Part shown: positions 9,923-20,136 of the stretch, piece by piece | How positions within the stretch are numbered: the first letter of the stretch is position 1 | Layout: each line of letters opens with the position of its first letter | Source of the DNA: an uncultured delta proteobacterium | GTDB taxonomy: Bacteria; Desulfobacterota; Binatia; UBA9968 | Direction: 5' to 3' | Assembly: GCA_963840855.1 (NCBI GenBank) | Contig: CAWJBB010000079.1 | Span: forward strand, 141,487-205,486 | Length of the DNA: 64,000 nt | Position numbers and translations under genes: made by a program | The notes under the pieces: generated by a model | What the model was told of the DNA's origin: nothing | Databases searched by the model: none | What the model saw: the letters and a program-made list of their open reading frames with translations, nothing else

Positions 9923-10945
9923 CTATGGGACCGCGACTTTTGCCAATAATTCCTCAACGATTTCGTCCGGCGAGATGTTTTCCGCCTCCGCGCGCACGGT
10001 GCGGATCAAGCGGTGGCGCAGGGCGTCCGGAGCAATGCGCTTGACATCGGCGGGAAGAACGAAATCCCGGCCCGCGAAGAAGGCGGTGGTGCGCGCCAGC
10101 GCGAGAAGATGCTGCGCCGCCCGCGGCGACGCGCCATGAAGAACCATTTCACTGATCACGGGCAGGCTCACCGCCATCCCGTTGCGCGTGGCGCGGACGA
10201 TGCGGATGACATACTCTCTGATGGCATCGCTGACGAAGGTTTCCCCGCCGATGCGCTTGCGCAAGCGGATCACGTCGGCGGGCGCCATGACGGCCCTTAC
10301 GGTCAATTGGCTCAAGTTGCGCGCGAGCATCGCGGCCTCGTCCGCATGGGTCGGATAGTCGACCTTCACTTTCAAGGAAAATCGGTCCACTTGAGCTTCG
10401 GGGAGAGCGTAGACGCCTTCTTGTTCAATGGGATTTTGCGTCGCCAAGACCCAAAAGGGTTCATCCAGAGGATAGGTCGTCTCGCCGATGGTGACTTGCC
10501 GTTCCTGCATCGCTTCCAAAAGCGCGCTCTGGGTTTTCTGCGTGGCGCGATTGATCTCGTCGGCCAAAATCAAGTTGGCGAAGATCGGTCCCTTTTCGGT
10601 GCGGAACGTGCCCAGGGCAATATCAAAAATTCGCGTGCCGATGATGTCGGCGGGGAGCAGGTCCGGCGTGAACTGAATGCGTTGAAACCTGGCGCTGATC
10701 GTGTTGGCAAGGGTCATTACCGTCAGGGTCTTGGCCAGCCCGGGTACTCCCTCCAGCAGCACATGGCCGTAGCCCGATTTCTCCTCCTCGTCGCGCTTGA
10801 ATGAATAAGGGATCTCCGAGAACAAACCGATCAGCAGGCGTTGAATCAGCCATTCCTGGCCCACGATCACCTTGTTGATCTCTTGCGCCACCGCCTGGAT
10901 GGCTTCGAAGGCCTGCTCTTGGCCTATGTTTTCGCGCGTGTCCAC
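9923..10945 (-). CDS. moxR: MoxR family AAA+ ATPase (copy 2)
   Basis: Walker A GVPGLAKT, Walker B LADE, MoxR signature motifs. Confidence 0.95.
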   Translation of the reverse strand: MDTRENIGQEQAFEAIQAVAQEINKVIVGQEWLIQRLLIGLFSEIPYSFKRDEEEKSGYGHVLLEGVPGLAKTLTVMTLANTISARFQRIQFTPDLLPADIIGTRIFDIALGTFRTEKGPIFANLILADEINRATQKTQSALLEAMQERQVTIGETTYPLDEPFWVLATQNPIEQEGVYALPEAQVDRFSLKVKVDYPTHADEAAMLARNLSQLTVRAVMAPADVIRLRKRIGGETFVSDAIREYVIRIVRATRNGMAVSLPVISEMVLHGASPRAAQHLLALARTTAFFAGRDFVLPADVKRIAPDALRHRLIRTVRAEAENISPDEIVEELLAKVAVP

Positions 10946-10950
10946 GGCTA

Positions 10951-11958
10951 CTAACCCGAAATTAACAGCGTCAAAAAAAAGATGCCGGCCGCGGCCAGCA
11001 AAAAGCCATGATAAAAATCCTGGTATTCGATGACTTTTCTGAAGCCGGTGATATCGCGCTCTTTGAGAACGATTTCAGAAAAAGTCTTATCCAGCTCGAA
11101 ACCGCTGAGAGAGCGGTAAAACTTCCCTCCAGTCTTGTCCGCGATCCAGTGCAGGGTGCGCTCATCGAAACGAGTGATGATCCTTTTACCCTGGTCGTCC
11201 TCGAGGTAAACAGGCCGGCCGCTCTCGTACGCGATCGGTATCGGCGCGCCTTCCACGGAGCCTACGCCGACGGTATGGACCTTGACTCCTTGTTCTTTCA
11301 CCGCGTCAACCGCCCCATCGAGCTCCGCGCTGTTGTCCTCGCCGTCGGAAAGCAGGATAAAGACCTTCTTGTTGCGCGCCGCTGCAGGGTACACTTCGGC
11401 TTCTTTGCGAATCACGGTAATACCATTTCTGAGCCCGCGCCCGATATTGGTTCCATGGCTCACGCTGGTGTCTTCTTTCAGATAGTCGAGATAATAGAGA
11501 ATATTGTTGGCGTCTTCAGTCAGGTAGGAGATGATCACGCTGCCGCCGGCAAACGACACCAGCCCGACGCGGTCGTGCGCAAGCTTGGCGCGTGAAAAAG
11601 CGCCGATCACCTCCAACGCGCGCGCTAGCCGCGACGGTTGAATATCAGTGGCCCTCATGGAAGGAGATGTATCGAGCAAAAAGACCACGTCCAACACCCC
11701 CGGCTGGGGCACTTTTTGTTCTTGGACCAGTTGCGGATGGGCGAGGGCGAGAATGAGGGCCGCCATCACTAGATTCAAAAGCAAGAATCTAATAACGTCC
11801 TTGCGCAACGAAGAAAAACGAGAGATCCGTTTGAGCGCCAGCCCAACGCCCAGAGTCCGCCGGCTTTGGTGCTTGCCGTGGAGAAAATAGAGCCAACAGG
11901 GCAGCAAGGCGGCGAGCAAGAAGAACAGATTGAGATAGCCGGGATGTAAAAACTTCAT
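10951..11958 (-). CDS. vWA-domain membrane protein, BatB/MxaL-like (intact)
   Basis: Start MKFLHPGY, TM segments, MIDAS DTSPS, DIQPSRL, SDGE, C-terminal TM. Confidence 0.85.
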   Translation of the reverse strand: MKFLHPGYLNLFFLLAALLPCWLYFLHGKHQSRRTLGVGLALKRISRFSSLRKDVIRFLLLNLVMAALILALAHPQLVQEQKVPQPGVLDVVFLLDTSPSMRATDIQPSRLARALEVIGAFSRAKLAHDRVGLVSFAGGSVIISYLTEDANNILYYLDYLKEDTSVSHGTNIGRGLRNGITVIRKEAEVYPAAARNKKVFILLSDGEDNSAELDGAVDAVKEQGVKVHTVGVGSVEGAPIPIAYESGRPVYLEDDQGKRIITRFDERTLHWIADKTGGKFYRSLSGFELDKTFSEIVLKERDITGFRKVIEYQDFYHGFLLAAAGIFFLTLLISG

Positions 11959-12109
11959 CGGAGGCTTCGTGCCCTTCGCGTCCTTCGTGGGGCGTACTTC
12001 CCTCGCAACGAGTTCCTGTGGCAAGTTTTTACCACGAAGATCACGCAGGACTCGAAGATTAAATTAGCAAACATATCTCTTCACTGCCTTTTCCGCCGCC
12101 AAAACTCGT

Positions 12110-12727
12110 TCAGCCGCGCTTCTCAGGCGCCATTTGCTGCTGCGAGGGATCCTGGGGGCGCATCTTGTCCATGATCGATTTTACTTTTTGCTCCTGCGCC
12201 TTGCGGTCACGGTCCGGTTTCGCCAGGATGTTGCGGACCAGTTCATAATTGAACTTCAGGTCCCAGTCGTCCGGTTGCTGCGCAAGACCTCTTTGGTATT
12301 CTGACATAGCGGCCTTGAGTGCGTTGGTGGCGGTTTCCGCGTCTGGGCTTTCGATTGCCTGTCGAAACAGGACGTTTCCCATCCAAAAACTATAATCGGC
12401 GCTTTCGACCACCGCCGGCGCATCAACGGGCAGCTGCTCAAGCTTGGCCAGGGCGTCGCCGATCTTGCGCTGGCTATAGAGTAGGGCGACCTGGTTCAAG
12501 CTTGCTTGCTTGTGCTCCGCCGCAAGAATCTGAGTTTGCGAGGGAAGCATGTTCAACGGGCGCTCGACACGGGCATAGGTTTCCATAGCGCCAGCCATAT
12601 CGCCCTGGAAAACGGCCGTCTGGGCGCGATCCAATTCGAACATCACCCAGCCATACGCGATCAACAGCGCAGAGATCACGAAAACGAGAACATATCCCGC
12701 CAATTTTGCGGCATTCATTCTAGCCAT
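12110..12727 (-). CDS. TPR protein, MxaK/BatC-like
   Basis: N-terminal TM; FWMGN...YQRGLAQQPDDWDLKFNYEL TPR end motif. Confidence 0.7.
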   Translation of the reverse strand: MARMNAAKLAGYVLVFVISALLIAYGWVMFELDRAQTAVFQGDMAGAMETYARVERPLNMLPSQTQILAAEHKQASLNQVALLYSQRKIGDALAKLEQLPVDAPAVVESADYSFWMGNVLFRQAIESPDAETATNALKAAMSEYQRGLAQQPDDWDLKFNYELVRNILAKPDRDRKAQEQKVKSIMDKMRPQDPSQQQMAPEKRG

Positions 12728-12991
12728 CCAATCATCGGTTCATCTTGACGTCAAATACCTTCGTGAATCCTAAACCCAAAGCCGAAACAATCCAACAACC
12801 CAGAATAGGATTTGGTGCGAAAAATCCAATTTCCAAAAAAGGTTTATTGTAGTTTAGGGTATTCTAGTTGGTTTTTGAATTTGTTTCGAGCTTCGGATTT
12901 GGTGCTTCGAATTTGCTCGCTGAGATTCGGGCGCGCTCAGCACATCTTCCGTAGCGCTATTTTATCCTAAAACTATTTACTTGCCGTGACC

Positions 12992-13465
12992 TCAGCGGCT
13001 CTCCGTGGAAAATTTACGCTGCAACCAACCGGAAAACCCATCTTCTAGCACGCTGACATTGCGATACCCCTTGCCGCGCAATGCCAGGTAGGAATAGGAT
13101 TCGTCAACGCCTCCCGGTGGGCAGGAGCAATAGAGAATCACCCGGCCGGACTTGGGGATTTCCTGATAGCGCATCTGCAATTCAGCCACTGGAATCGAAC
13201 GAGCTCCCGGGAGACGCGATTTTTGAAAATCGCTGGTCGGACGAAGATCGACAAAGAAAATTTTTTCCCCTGCTTCGAGCATCCTCTTTACCCGCTCCGA
13301 CGGAATCGTTTCAATGTATTCCTCGTCGTGTCCGCCGTTAGCGAGGGCGGGAATAAGAAACAAAAGAAATACTATTGACAGATCCGCCAACTCTACAACC
13401 ACGCGCCGCATCGGGCTGCGTTGTAATACGCGATCGCCTGCCGCTTTGTGCCCGCCGGCGCTCAT
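12992..13465 (-). CDS. Exported rhodanese-like protein R1 (start uncertain)
   Basis: VDLRP-DF-SRLPGARSIP, ILYCSCP, LEDGFSGW; hydrophobic leader followed by GHDEE. Confidence 0.85.
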   Translation of the reverse strand: MSAGGHKAAGDRVLQRSPMRRVVVELADLSIVFLLFLIPALANGGHDEEYIETIPSERVKRMLEAGEKIFFVDLRPTSDFQKSRLPGARSIPVAELQMRYQEIPKSGRVILYCSCPPGGVDESYSYLALRGKGYRNVSVLEDGFSGWLQRKFSTESR

Positions 13466-15188
13466 GGTTTTAAGGCGTCGTAAATCAGCTTGCCGCCCAC
13501 GAGGGTCATGACGCTCTGAATTTTTGCGATTTCATCGTCCGGCACGTTTAGATAGTCTTTGTCGAGCACAACCATGTCGGCCCATTTGCCCGCTTCAAGT
13601 GATCCCAGAAGTTGATCGCGCAGGACATATTGCGAGGCCCAGCGCGTCGCCATCAGAAGCGCGGTGCGCCGATCTATGGCGTGGCGGGCGCCCCACACCT
13701 TGTCGTTCTCGTCTTTGCGCGTAACCAGAGTGCCGAGCCCGAAAAAGGGCTTGATTCCCAGGTCCGCGTCATCTTGCTCCCAGGTCACCCGGCCGCCGGC
13801 ATCGAGAATCCCTTGGATGGGCAAGACCCAACGGTGCGCGGCCTCCTCGCCATAGTCCCGCATCACGCGGTCGGCGCGCAGCAAGTACTTAGGCGCGCAG
13901 CTCCACATGATGTTGAGTTTCTTGGCGCGTTCGATCTGGTCGGGACGCGGGTTCATCGTGCAATGGTCGATAACATGGTTTTTCGCGCGAATTTGCTCCA
14001 GGGAAATCCCTGCTTCCGCGCTTGCCTTTTCAATGATGTCCAGCAACACATCGGTAGCCTTGTCACCCGCGCTATGCGTGCCGGCAATGCGAACGCCTGC
14101 CTTGACTGCGGCGTAGGCGGCGCGCCCGCGCACGTTGTCGATGGTCAGCCGGCAATCTTCCCGCGCTTTAACCTTGGCATCCGGCGATAGAGTCGTGCAA
14201 ACCCCGGGATAGGATGAATCCGTCGAGCCGGAAGAAATGCCGATGAGCCAGAATCGCTCCGTGCCATGACCGATGAGATTGCCGAACCGGTTCACAAAGC
14301 TTTCCGAGTAGATATTATCGCGATAGCCCGCTTCATTCGTGTAGGCAAGGCGGATCGGCATCATCCCTTTCTGGTCCATGTAATTGAAGGCGGATATCGC
14401 TTCCGATCCCAGAGACGAAGACCAGGTCGTGATCCCGGCGGCGCCCCACATCTCCAGCTCTTTGAGATAGACCGGTGCGAGATCTTCAGGCTTGGGCTTG
14501 GGAATAATTTCCTCGTAAAAGATCAGGCTCACGCCGGCGCCGATCCGACCCGTGAACTCTCCTTGATTATTTTTTGCCAGATCAAGAACCTTGGGATCGT
14601 AGCGCTTGAACAAGTATTCCAGCGCCCTGCTATTGGCCATAGCCTTGGTATCGGTGACATGCACCATCAAAGGATGACTCGGCGCCACTTTATCCAAATC
14701 GACCCTGGTCCGGTTGATAACGAAACTATCGGCAACATTGCGCGGACGAATGCGTGTGATAACCCACTCTCCGGGCTTTTTCGTTTTGACGGCCTCAGCG
14801 AGGCGCTCCAGCATTTCCTCTTCCGTGCGCCCTTCGATCTTGATCTCGAGCAGACTGGGATTCATCTGGGGCGCATGCCGGTCGAGGGCATATTCATGAA
14901 GGTGCGAATGAGTGTCGATCAAGCCGGGGATCACAGTTCTGCCTTGAAGGTTGATCCTGCGGGTGCGGGACCAGCCAGCGGGAGAACATCGGCGTCGCGT
15001 CCCACCCGCAGAATTTTTCCATCGCGCACGGCGATAGCCTCCGCGATGCTGAATTGTTCGTCTACCGTGATGATCTTGCCGTTATGCAGCACCGTTTCGG
15101 CGTAGCGGACGACCTCCGCGGGTAGCGATTGAGCCTGCGCCGGCGTCGCCAGCGCGAGCGAACTCAAAATTAAGAGAATCCATTTCAT
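13462..15188 (-). CDS. Exported amidohydrolase-3 (YtcJ-like) AH1, frameshift near 14966
   Basis: Signal peptide MKWILL...AQA, HNGKI-T, PGLIDTHSH, HSAGD, IDHC, GSLEAGKWAD, TLVGGK; joins ORFs 14931..15188 and 13462..14934. Confidence 0.88.
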
Positions 15189-15380
15189 AAAACGGTTTCT
15201 CCTCCCGAAAATTTTGTGCGTGATTGCCGTATACTATTCCCGGTTAGTCTTCGTCAACTGATCGAGCGCGGGTTATCGAACAGAACTATAAAGCAGCATC
15301 AGCCCAAAGCTGATCAACCTGAGCTTGGTCCTGCGTCGTATTCCCGCCAAGCGCTCGGCTGGAACCGCTGACGTCGGTCT

Positions 15381-17438
15381 TCAGTGCACGTGATCATCCG
15401 GCGCCGGCGCCGAAGGTTTCTCCTGGCTGAGCCGGTCAATCTCGCGCATAAGATATTCCATTTTGTCCCAACCGGGGCCGTCTCGAGGAATCCAACGCGC
15501 CCGCACATAGCCCTGGCGATCGATCATGAACTCCATATGCGGTGGTACGGGCGGATCCGGGAGCGTGCCCTGCTCGGAAAAACTTCGGCGCAACAGGGCA
15601 TAGGTATCAAAAGCTTCCCGGCTGCCGTCGGTAACCAGGGACACGAACTTGAACGTCGTGTTCAGCTGTAGGACTTCCTTTATCTCTTTGGGGATTGCCA
15701 GGACCTTCACGTTTTTACTCTGAAGCTGCCGGGACGCTCCTTCGAGCTCAGCCAAACGAGGGCGAGATTCCGGCAAAGAGAAAAGCACGAGCATGACGAT
15801 CTCATTGCCGCGGTGATCCTTGAGAGAGCGGTTTTCACCGTTCAGCGTTCGATAGACGAAGTCCGGCGCCACGAGCCAGGGGTCGGGCTCCACCAGCGCG
15901 CTCATCTGCCTCGCCCGCTCAGCGGCGGATAAAGCGCGCAGAAAATTAATCATGTCCCAGCGCTCTTCTTCATCGAGGCTCTGCGCAAATCCAGGCATTG
16001 GACCAGGGGCGTTATCGACCTTCATGCCATGACTCAGCCACCAAAACAGGTCCCCCGCTGTGTGATCCGCCGAATGTTTTGCCGTCAAGTCCGCCGGCTT
16101 CGGTTTCAACCCTTTACCGTTTGCGCCGTCGCCGTAACCGCCGACGCCATGGCAACCGGCGCACGTCTCATGATAAATGCGCGAGCCATTGGACACGGAG
16201 ATGGTATTGTAAGGAACCGAGGGCCGGAGATAGGTCGCCGGGTAGGCGTCGATGGACAATGCGTTGTGGGCGATCCAGCCGCCATAACCGAGACTCGCCA
16301 CTCCCGCGCCGAGCACCAGGTAACGATAACGGCGCCGCAAGATAAGACAACCAATTATGCCGGCGAGTCCGGCGCCAGCCCACCATTGCCCCTGCGTAAA
16401 CTGGGCGCGTATTTTCGCGCTGCTGCTGTTAAGGACATTCCAGTTCCAGCGAAACGCAAAGGGCCACTCGGGCTGGATGTGGCGCGCCGGCGGCGTGATG
16501 CTCATCAAACCGACAATCAACAGAATACCCGCTCCTATGCCCGCTTCGGTTTTTACGTTCCGCTTTAGGCGCCGCAGAAGTACTGCCAGTCGCGCCAACG
16601 AACTTTGATCTTCGAGCGCTAGGATGCGGGGCTTAAGTTTGCGCAGATTGATCGCCGCAACTGCGAGCAGCGGCACAAGCAAAGCAAGTTTAACGAGAAG
16701 CAGTTTGCCGTAAGCCGTGCCCATGAGCGGCGGCACGGCGCCGACGAGAGTCCAGGCATTGAACATTCCCGTGACCAGGACAACTGTGACACAAACCAAA
16801 CCGAGCAGAGAAAAGCGGCGCGTAGCTGCCTTAAAGGTAGCACTAGCCCAGGGATGATCAAGGCGGAGAAGCCAGGCAAGAAAAATGGCGAAAGCCGGCA
16901 ATCCGCCAAGCCAAGCGCTGGCAGCCAAAAGATGCAAAGCATAGGCGGCAAGCTGCGCGACGAGCCAGATCCCTTCGCCGGCGGCGGCGTGGCTCGAGAA
17001 GGCCAGAGCCATAACGAGAACCGCGGCGAAGATCAGAGGAAGAGCGGGCAAATCATTCGAGCGCGTTCGGCGTGCAGCGAAAATCAATCCGGCCAGAACG
17101 ACGATAAGACCGACGCGAACGAGCCAGACGATGCCATATCGAGTTCCGAGCAAAACTCCGCCGATGTTTTCCGCCCGCAATGCTTGGGTAAGCGGCACGC
17201 TGGTCACAGTGGCAATCTGCAACCAGAAACCGAGCAGACCCGTTAGAAAAACCGCGAGCAACGTCCATTGGGTGAGCGTGAGCTGGCGGCGCGTGAAGGC
17301 CGCAAATTCCGCGCTCGTCCCGGCGCCGGCAACTCGCAGAGCTGGGCGCGCGACAATGAGGTGGAATGCCAACGATCCAAGCAGGAAAGCTGCTGACGCG
17401 AGATGCGCAAACTTAATGAACGCGGAGACAGTGGTCAC
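15381..17438 (-). CDS. CopD - cytochrome c - redoxin-like fusion membrane protein
   Basis: CopD TM domain (SSHAAA, HLLAASAWLGG, YGKLLLVK), heme motif CAGCH with PGPMPGF, C-terminal APDF...FMIDRQGYVRARW domain, DDHVH tail. Confidence 0.85.
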   Translation of the reverse strand: MTTVSAFIKFAHLASAAFLLGSLAFHLIVARPALRVAGAGTSAEFAAFTRRQLTLTQWTLLAVFLTGLLGFWLQIATVTSVPLTQALRAENIGGVLLGTRYGIVWLVRVGLIVVLAGLIFAARRTRSNDLPALPLIFAAVLVMALAFSSHAAAGEGIWLVAQLAAYALHLLAASAWLGGLPAFAIFLAWLLRLDHPWASATFKAATRRFSLLGLVCVTVVLVTGMFNAWTLVGAVPPLMGTAYGKLLLVKLALLVPLLAVAAINLRKLKPRILALEDQSSLARLAVLLRRLKRNVKTEAGIGAGILLIVGLMSITPPARHIQPEWPFAFRWNWNVLNSSSAKIRAQFTQGQWWAGAGLAGIIGCLILRRRYRYLVLGAGVASLGYGGWIAHNALSIDAYPATYLRPSVPYNTISVSNGSRIYHETCAGCHGVGGYGDGANGKGLKPKPADLTAKHSADHTAGDLFWWLSHGMKVDNAPGPMPGFAQSLDEEERWDMINFLRALSAAERARQMSALVEPDPWLVAPDFVYRTLNGENRSLKDHRGNEIVMLVLFSLPESRPRLAELEGASRQLQSKNVKVLAIPKEIKEVLQLNTTFKFVSLVTDGSREAFDTYALLRRSFSEQGTLPDPPVPPHMEFMIDRQGYVRARWIPRDGPGWDKMEYLMREIDRLSQEKPSAPAPDDHVH

Positions 17439-17455
17439 GGGATTGGGACAAATGC

Positions 17456-17481
17456 AAGGGGCGGGTTTGAAACCCGCCCTT
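17456..17481. repeat. REP-like palindrome GGGGCGGGTTT(C/G)AAACCCGCCC (also 34651..34679, 34885..34910, 37529..37554)
   Basis: Four intergenic copies of the same hairpin. Confidence 0.8.
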
Positions 17482-17492
17482 ACAGCTTCGCG

Positions 17493-17945
17493 TCAGTTGG
17501 TCTTGGCGCCGGTCTCCACAGGAAATTTGCGTTGCAACCAGCCTTTGAATCCTTCCGGCATGATGGCGATGTTGCGGTAGCCATGATCGTCTTTGAGCAC
17601 CTGATAGGCGTCTTGAATGAGCAGGTTTTGAGGGCAGTCGCAGTACAGAATCACCCGCCCCGCCTTGGGAATTTGCCGCAGGTTTTTCTCCAAGTCGCTT
17701 ATGGGGATCGAGCGCGCGCCGGGCAAGCGCCGCGCTTTGAACTCGGGGGCCGGGCGGAGGTCGATTAACACGAGAGTTTCCTTGTTGTCGAGGAAATACT
17801 TCACCCGTTCCGGCGTGACGATATCGACGATATCTTCGGCATCGTGGGCCGCGTCAATGATCCCGGGGGAAAATGCTAAAAACAAAAATAGTGCCGGAAC
17901 GGTCGCCCAACAGCGTGTAGCCTGGTCACGAATTCGCTGAATCAT
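17493..17945 (-). CDS. Exported rhodanese-like protein R2
   Basis: Leader ...IIDA|AHDAED, IDLRP, RLPGARSIP, ILYCDCP, EGFKGW; start chosen from an AGAGG RBS. Confidence 0.85.
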   Translation of the reverse strand: MIQRIRDQATRCWATVPALFLFLAFSPGIIDAAHDAEDIVDIVTPERVKYFLDNKETLVLIDLRPAPEFKARRLPGARSIPISDLEKNLRQIPKAGRVILYCDCPQNLLIQDAYQVLKDDHGYRNIAIMPEGFKGWLQRKFPVETGAKTN

Positions 17946-18166
17946 GTTTCGCATCCTCTTTTCCATAGTTCGTAGCCTGGATGGAGTGAAACGTAATCCA
18001 GGAAGTCTTTCCCTACAGTTCTGGATCTCATACGCAAGACTCACCAATCGAACCGTAGGAGGTCGCGACCGTCCCCTACCTGCAAGCACGACCTTCGCAA
18101 GTCGATCGAGCGCACTCTTCGACGATGCTCAGGGCGATCGGCATATCAGTCTTCTTCACCAGCCTG

Positions 18167-19927
18167 CTAAAAATTCGGCGCCCGATGCAGGATCTTGCCG
18201 CCCACCACGGTGAGCAGGGACTTGATCGTCCTGATTTCCCGCTCCGGCACCGTGAAGTAATCCCTGTCCAAAACCAGCAAGTCGCCGAGTTTACCGCGTT
18301 CCAACGAGCCGATTTTGTCTGCTCGCAGGACGTATTCCGCCGCCCAGTTGGTGGACATCTTCAGGGCAATCACGCGATCGACTCGCTCTTTGCCATTGTA
18401 CACTTTGCCCTCGACCTCACGATTGACCAGAACATCCAAGTAGTGAAAGACTGTTCCGACCTTGAAGATTTCGTTGTCATCAACTTCCATCACTGTCTTG
18501 ACGTTGGCATCAAGCAAACTTTTTACCGGCGCCACCCAGCTCAGATACTTTTCACCATAGTCCCTGAGAACCCGCGGACTCGCCTCGATGTATTTTGGCG
18601 CGCAGCTCATCATGATGTTGAGTTTTTGCAGCCTGGGGATTTGGTCCGGACGTGGATTCAATGTGCAGTGATCGATCGCATGTCCCTTGGCCCTGATTTG
18701 ATCGAGGGTATAACCCGCTCTGGCGCTCCCTTTCTCAATCGCGTCCAGGGTTAAATCCAGGGCTTTATCTCCCGCAGTGTGGGTGCCGGACCATCTCAGG
18801 CCCGAAGCGACGGCATTTTCAATGAAGGCCTCGAAGCCAACGTTATGAATCTCCCGATCCTTGATTTCTTTCGGGATATCCGGCGGCTCGATGGTCGTGA
18901 GTATTCCTGGATATGAAGCATCGACGCCTCTCATGCTGGCGCCGACGAACCAGAGGTAATCGCTCCCATAGCCGCTTACGCCGAACATTTCGGGAACCAC
19001 CTGCGCGGGGGTGCCCGTGCCCGGTGTATAGCCATACCTGATGCCGATCTCGCCCCTTTGATCCAAGAGTTGATAGGCGGCAAGAATCCTGAGCGAGCGG
19101 ATATTGCTCGACCAGGTGGTCACCCCGTAGCTGGCCCAACGAAGGTTCTCGGCTTTGTAAATTTCCGCCAATTTTTCAACGCTGGGAATCAAGTGATCCG
19201 ACAGCACCATTCGGTTGATGGTGTTCGAAGAGAAGCCGTCGTCCCGCATTAGATTGGGTTCCATCGGGCCGTGCCAACCGGCGCGGATGAGCTCCTGAGC
19301 TTTGCCGTTGGTAATCGAAGAAGTCCTGGTGCGTATGTAAACCGGATTGTTGGGCGCCACCTTGTCCAATTCAGCTCGGGTAACCACCTGGCTGCGCATT
19401 GCGGCTTGCACCGCGTCCATGGGTTTGCCGTCTTTTCCGATCGCTTGCCTGGGCAGATCGAGGGCGATCCACTCTCCCGGTTTGCGCTTGGCGACTTCCT
19501 GACGGATCGCCTCGAGGGTTTTCTGTTTAACGGAGTCCCAGGTCTCGTTCTGCTCTGCACGAATTCGCATCCGGGGCGAAGCGTCGCCCAGGGAATCCAT
19601 CGCATAGTCGAAAAGATGGGAGTGTGTGTCGATGATCCCTGGCACCACTGTCCGCCCCTTCACGTCGAATACTTGCGTCTGCGGTCCTCTCAGGGAAAGA
19701 ATCTGGCTATTGTTGCCGAGCGCGAGTATCTTGCCATCTCTGACGGCCAGAGCTTCGACGACGGTTCCCAGAACCGCCGAGTTGCTCTTGTCATCCATCG
19801 TGACGATCTTGCCGTTGTGAAAGATCAGTTCCGGATATCGGACAAGGTCCGGCGCGAGGGTTTGCGCGGCGACGGGAGTGGCCCAAAGGGCAAGAGCAAC
19901 AAGTGACCAAAGAAAACTGAGCGTCAT
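18167..19927 (-). CDS. Exported amidohydrolase-3 AH2
   Basis: GGAGG RBS, signal ...PVAA|QT, DTHSH, HTAGD, IDHC, SCAPKY, GSLERGK. Confidence 0.92.
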   Translation of the reverse strand: MTLSFLWSLVALALWATPVAAQTLAPDLVRYPELIFHNGKIVTMDDKSNSAVLGTVVEALAVRDGKILALGNNSQILSLRGPQTQVFDVKGRTVVPGIIDTHSHLFDYAMDSLGDASPRMRIRAEQNETWDSVKQKTLEAIRQEVAKRKPGEWIALDLPRQAIGKDGKPMDAVQAAMRSQVVTRAELDKVAPNNPVYIRTRTSSITNGKAQELIRAGWHGPMEPNLMRDDGFSSNTINRMVLSDHLIPSVEKLAEIYKAENLRWASYGVTTWSSNIRSLRILAAYQLLDQRGEIGIRYGYTPGTGTPAQVVPEMFGVSGYGSDYLWFVGASMRGVDASYPGILTTIEPPDIPKEIKDREIHNVGFEAFIENAVASGLRWSGTHTAGDKALDLTLDAIEKGSARAGYTLDQIRAKGHAIDHCTLNPRPDQIPRLQKLNIMMSCAPKYIEASPRVLRDYGEKYLSWVAPVKSLLDANVKTVMEVDDNEIFKVGTVFHYLDVLVNREVEGKVYNGKERVDRVIALKMSTNWAAEYVLRADKIGSLERGKLGDLLVLDRDYFTVPEREIRTIKSLLTVVGGKILHRAPNF

Positions 19928-19980
19928 AATAATCCTCCGTAAGGTTTGGCTTTTCTTACTTGAAAAAAATTCAACGTTTG

Positions 19981-19995
19981 GCCAGCCATGTACCA
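19981..19995 (-). promoter_or_regulatory. Possible sigma54 -24/-12 element upstream of AH2
   Basis: TGGTACATGGCTGGC (GG-N10-GC) ~55 nt before the start; motif match only. Confidence 0.25.
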
Positions 19996-20136
19996 CACAA
20001 CAGCGAGTTTGAAAAGTCCGGCGCTGAGCACAGTCTAGAGTCTCGGGTCTGGAGACTCGGTTTGACTCGAAAAGAAATTCGAAACGCGGAAGCGTGTGTT
20101 CGTTCGAACACGAGCACGAGAGATGAGCACGCGTCG

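Larger units (their letters stand above)
1..11554. repeat. Tandem direct duplication, unit ~6494 bp (1..5060 matches 6494..11554); junction at 5060/5061
   Basis: ORF sets repeat at offset 6493-6494. Identity ends after ...GCCGCCGGCAAAC (5060 / 11554). Roughly 25-30 differences counted by eye. Confidence 0.95.
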
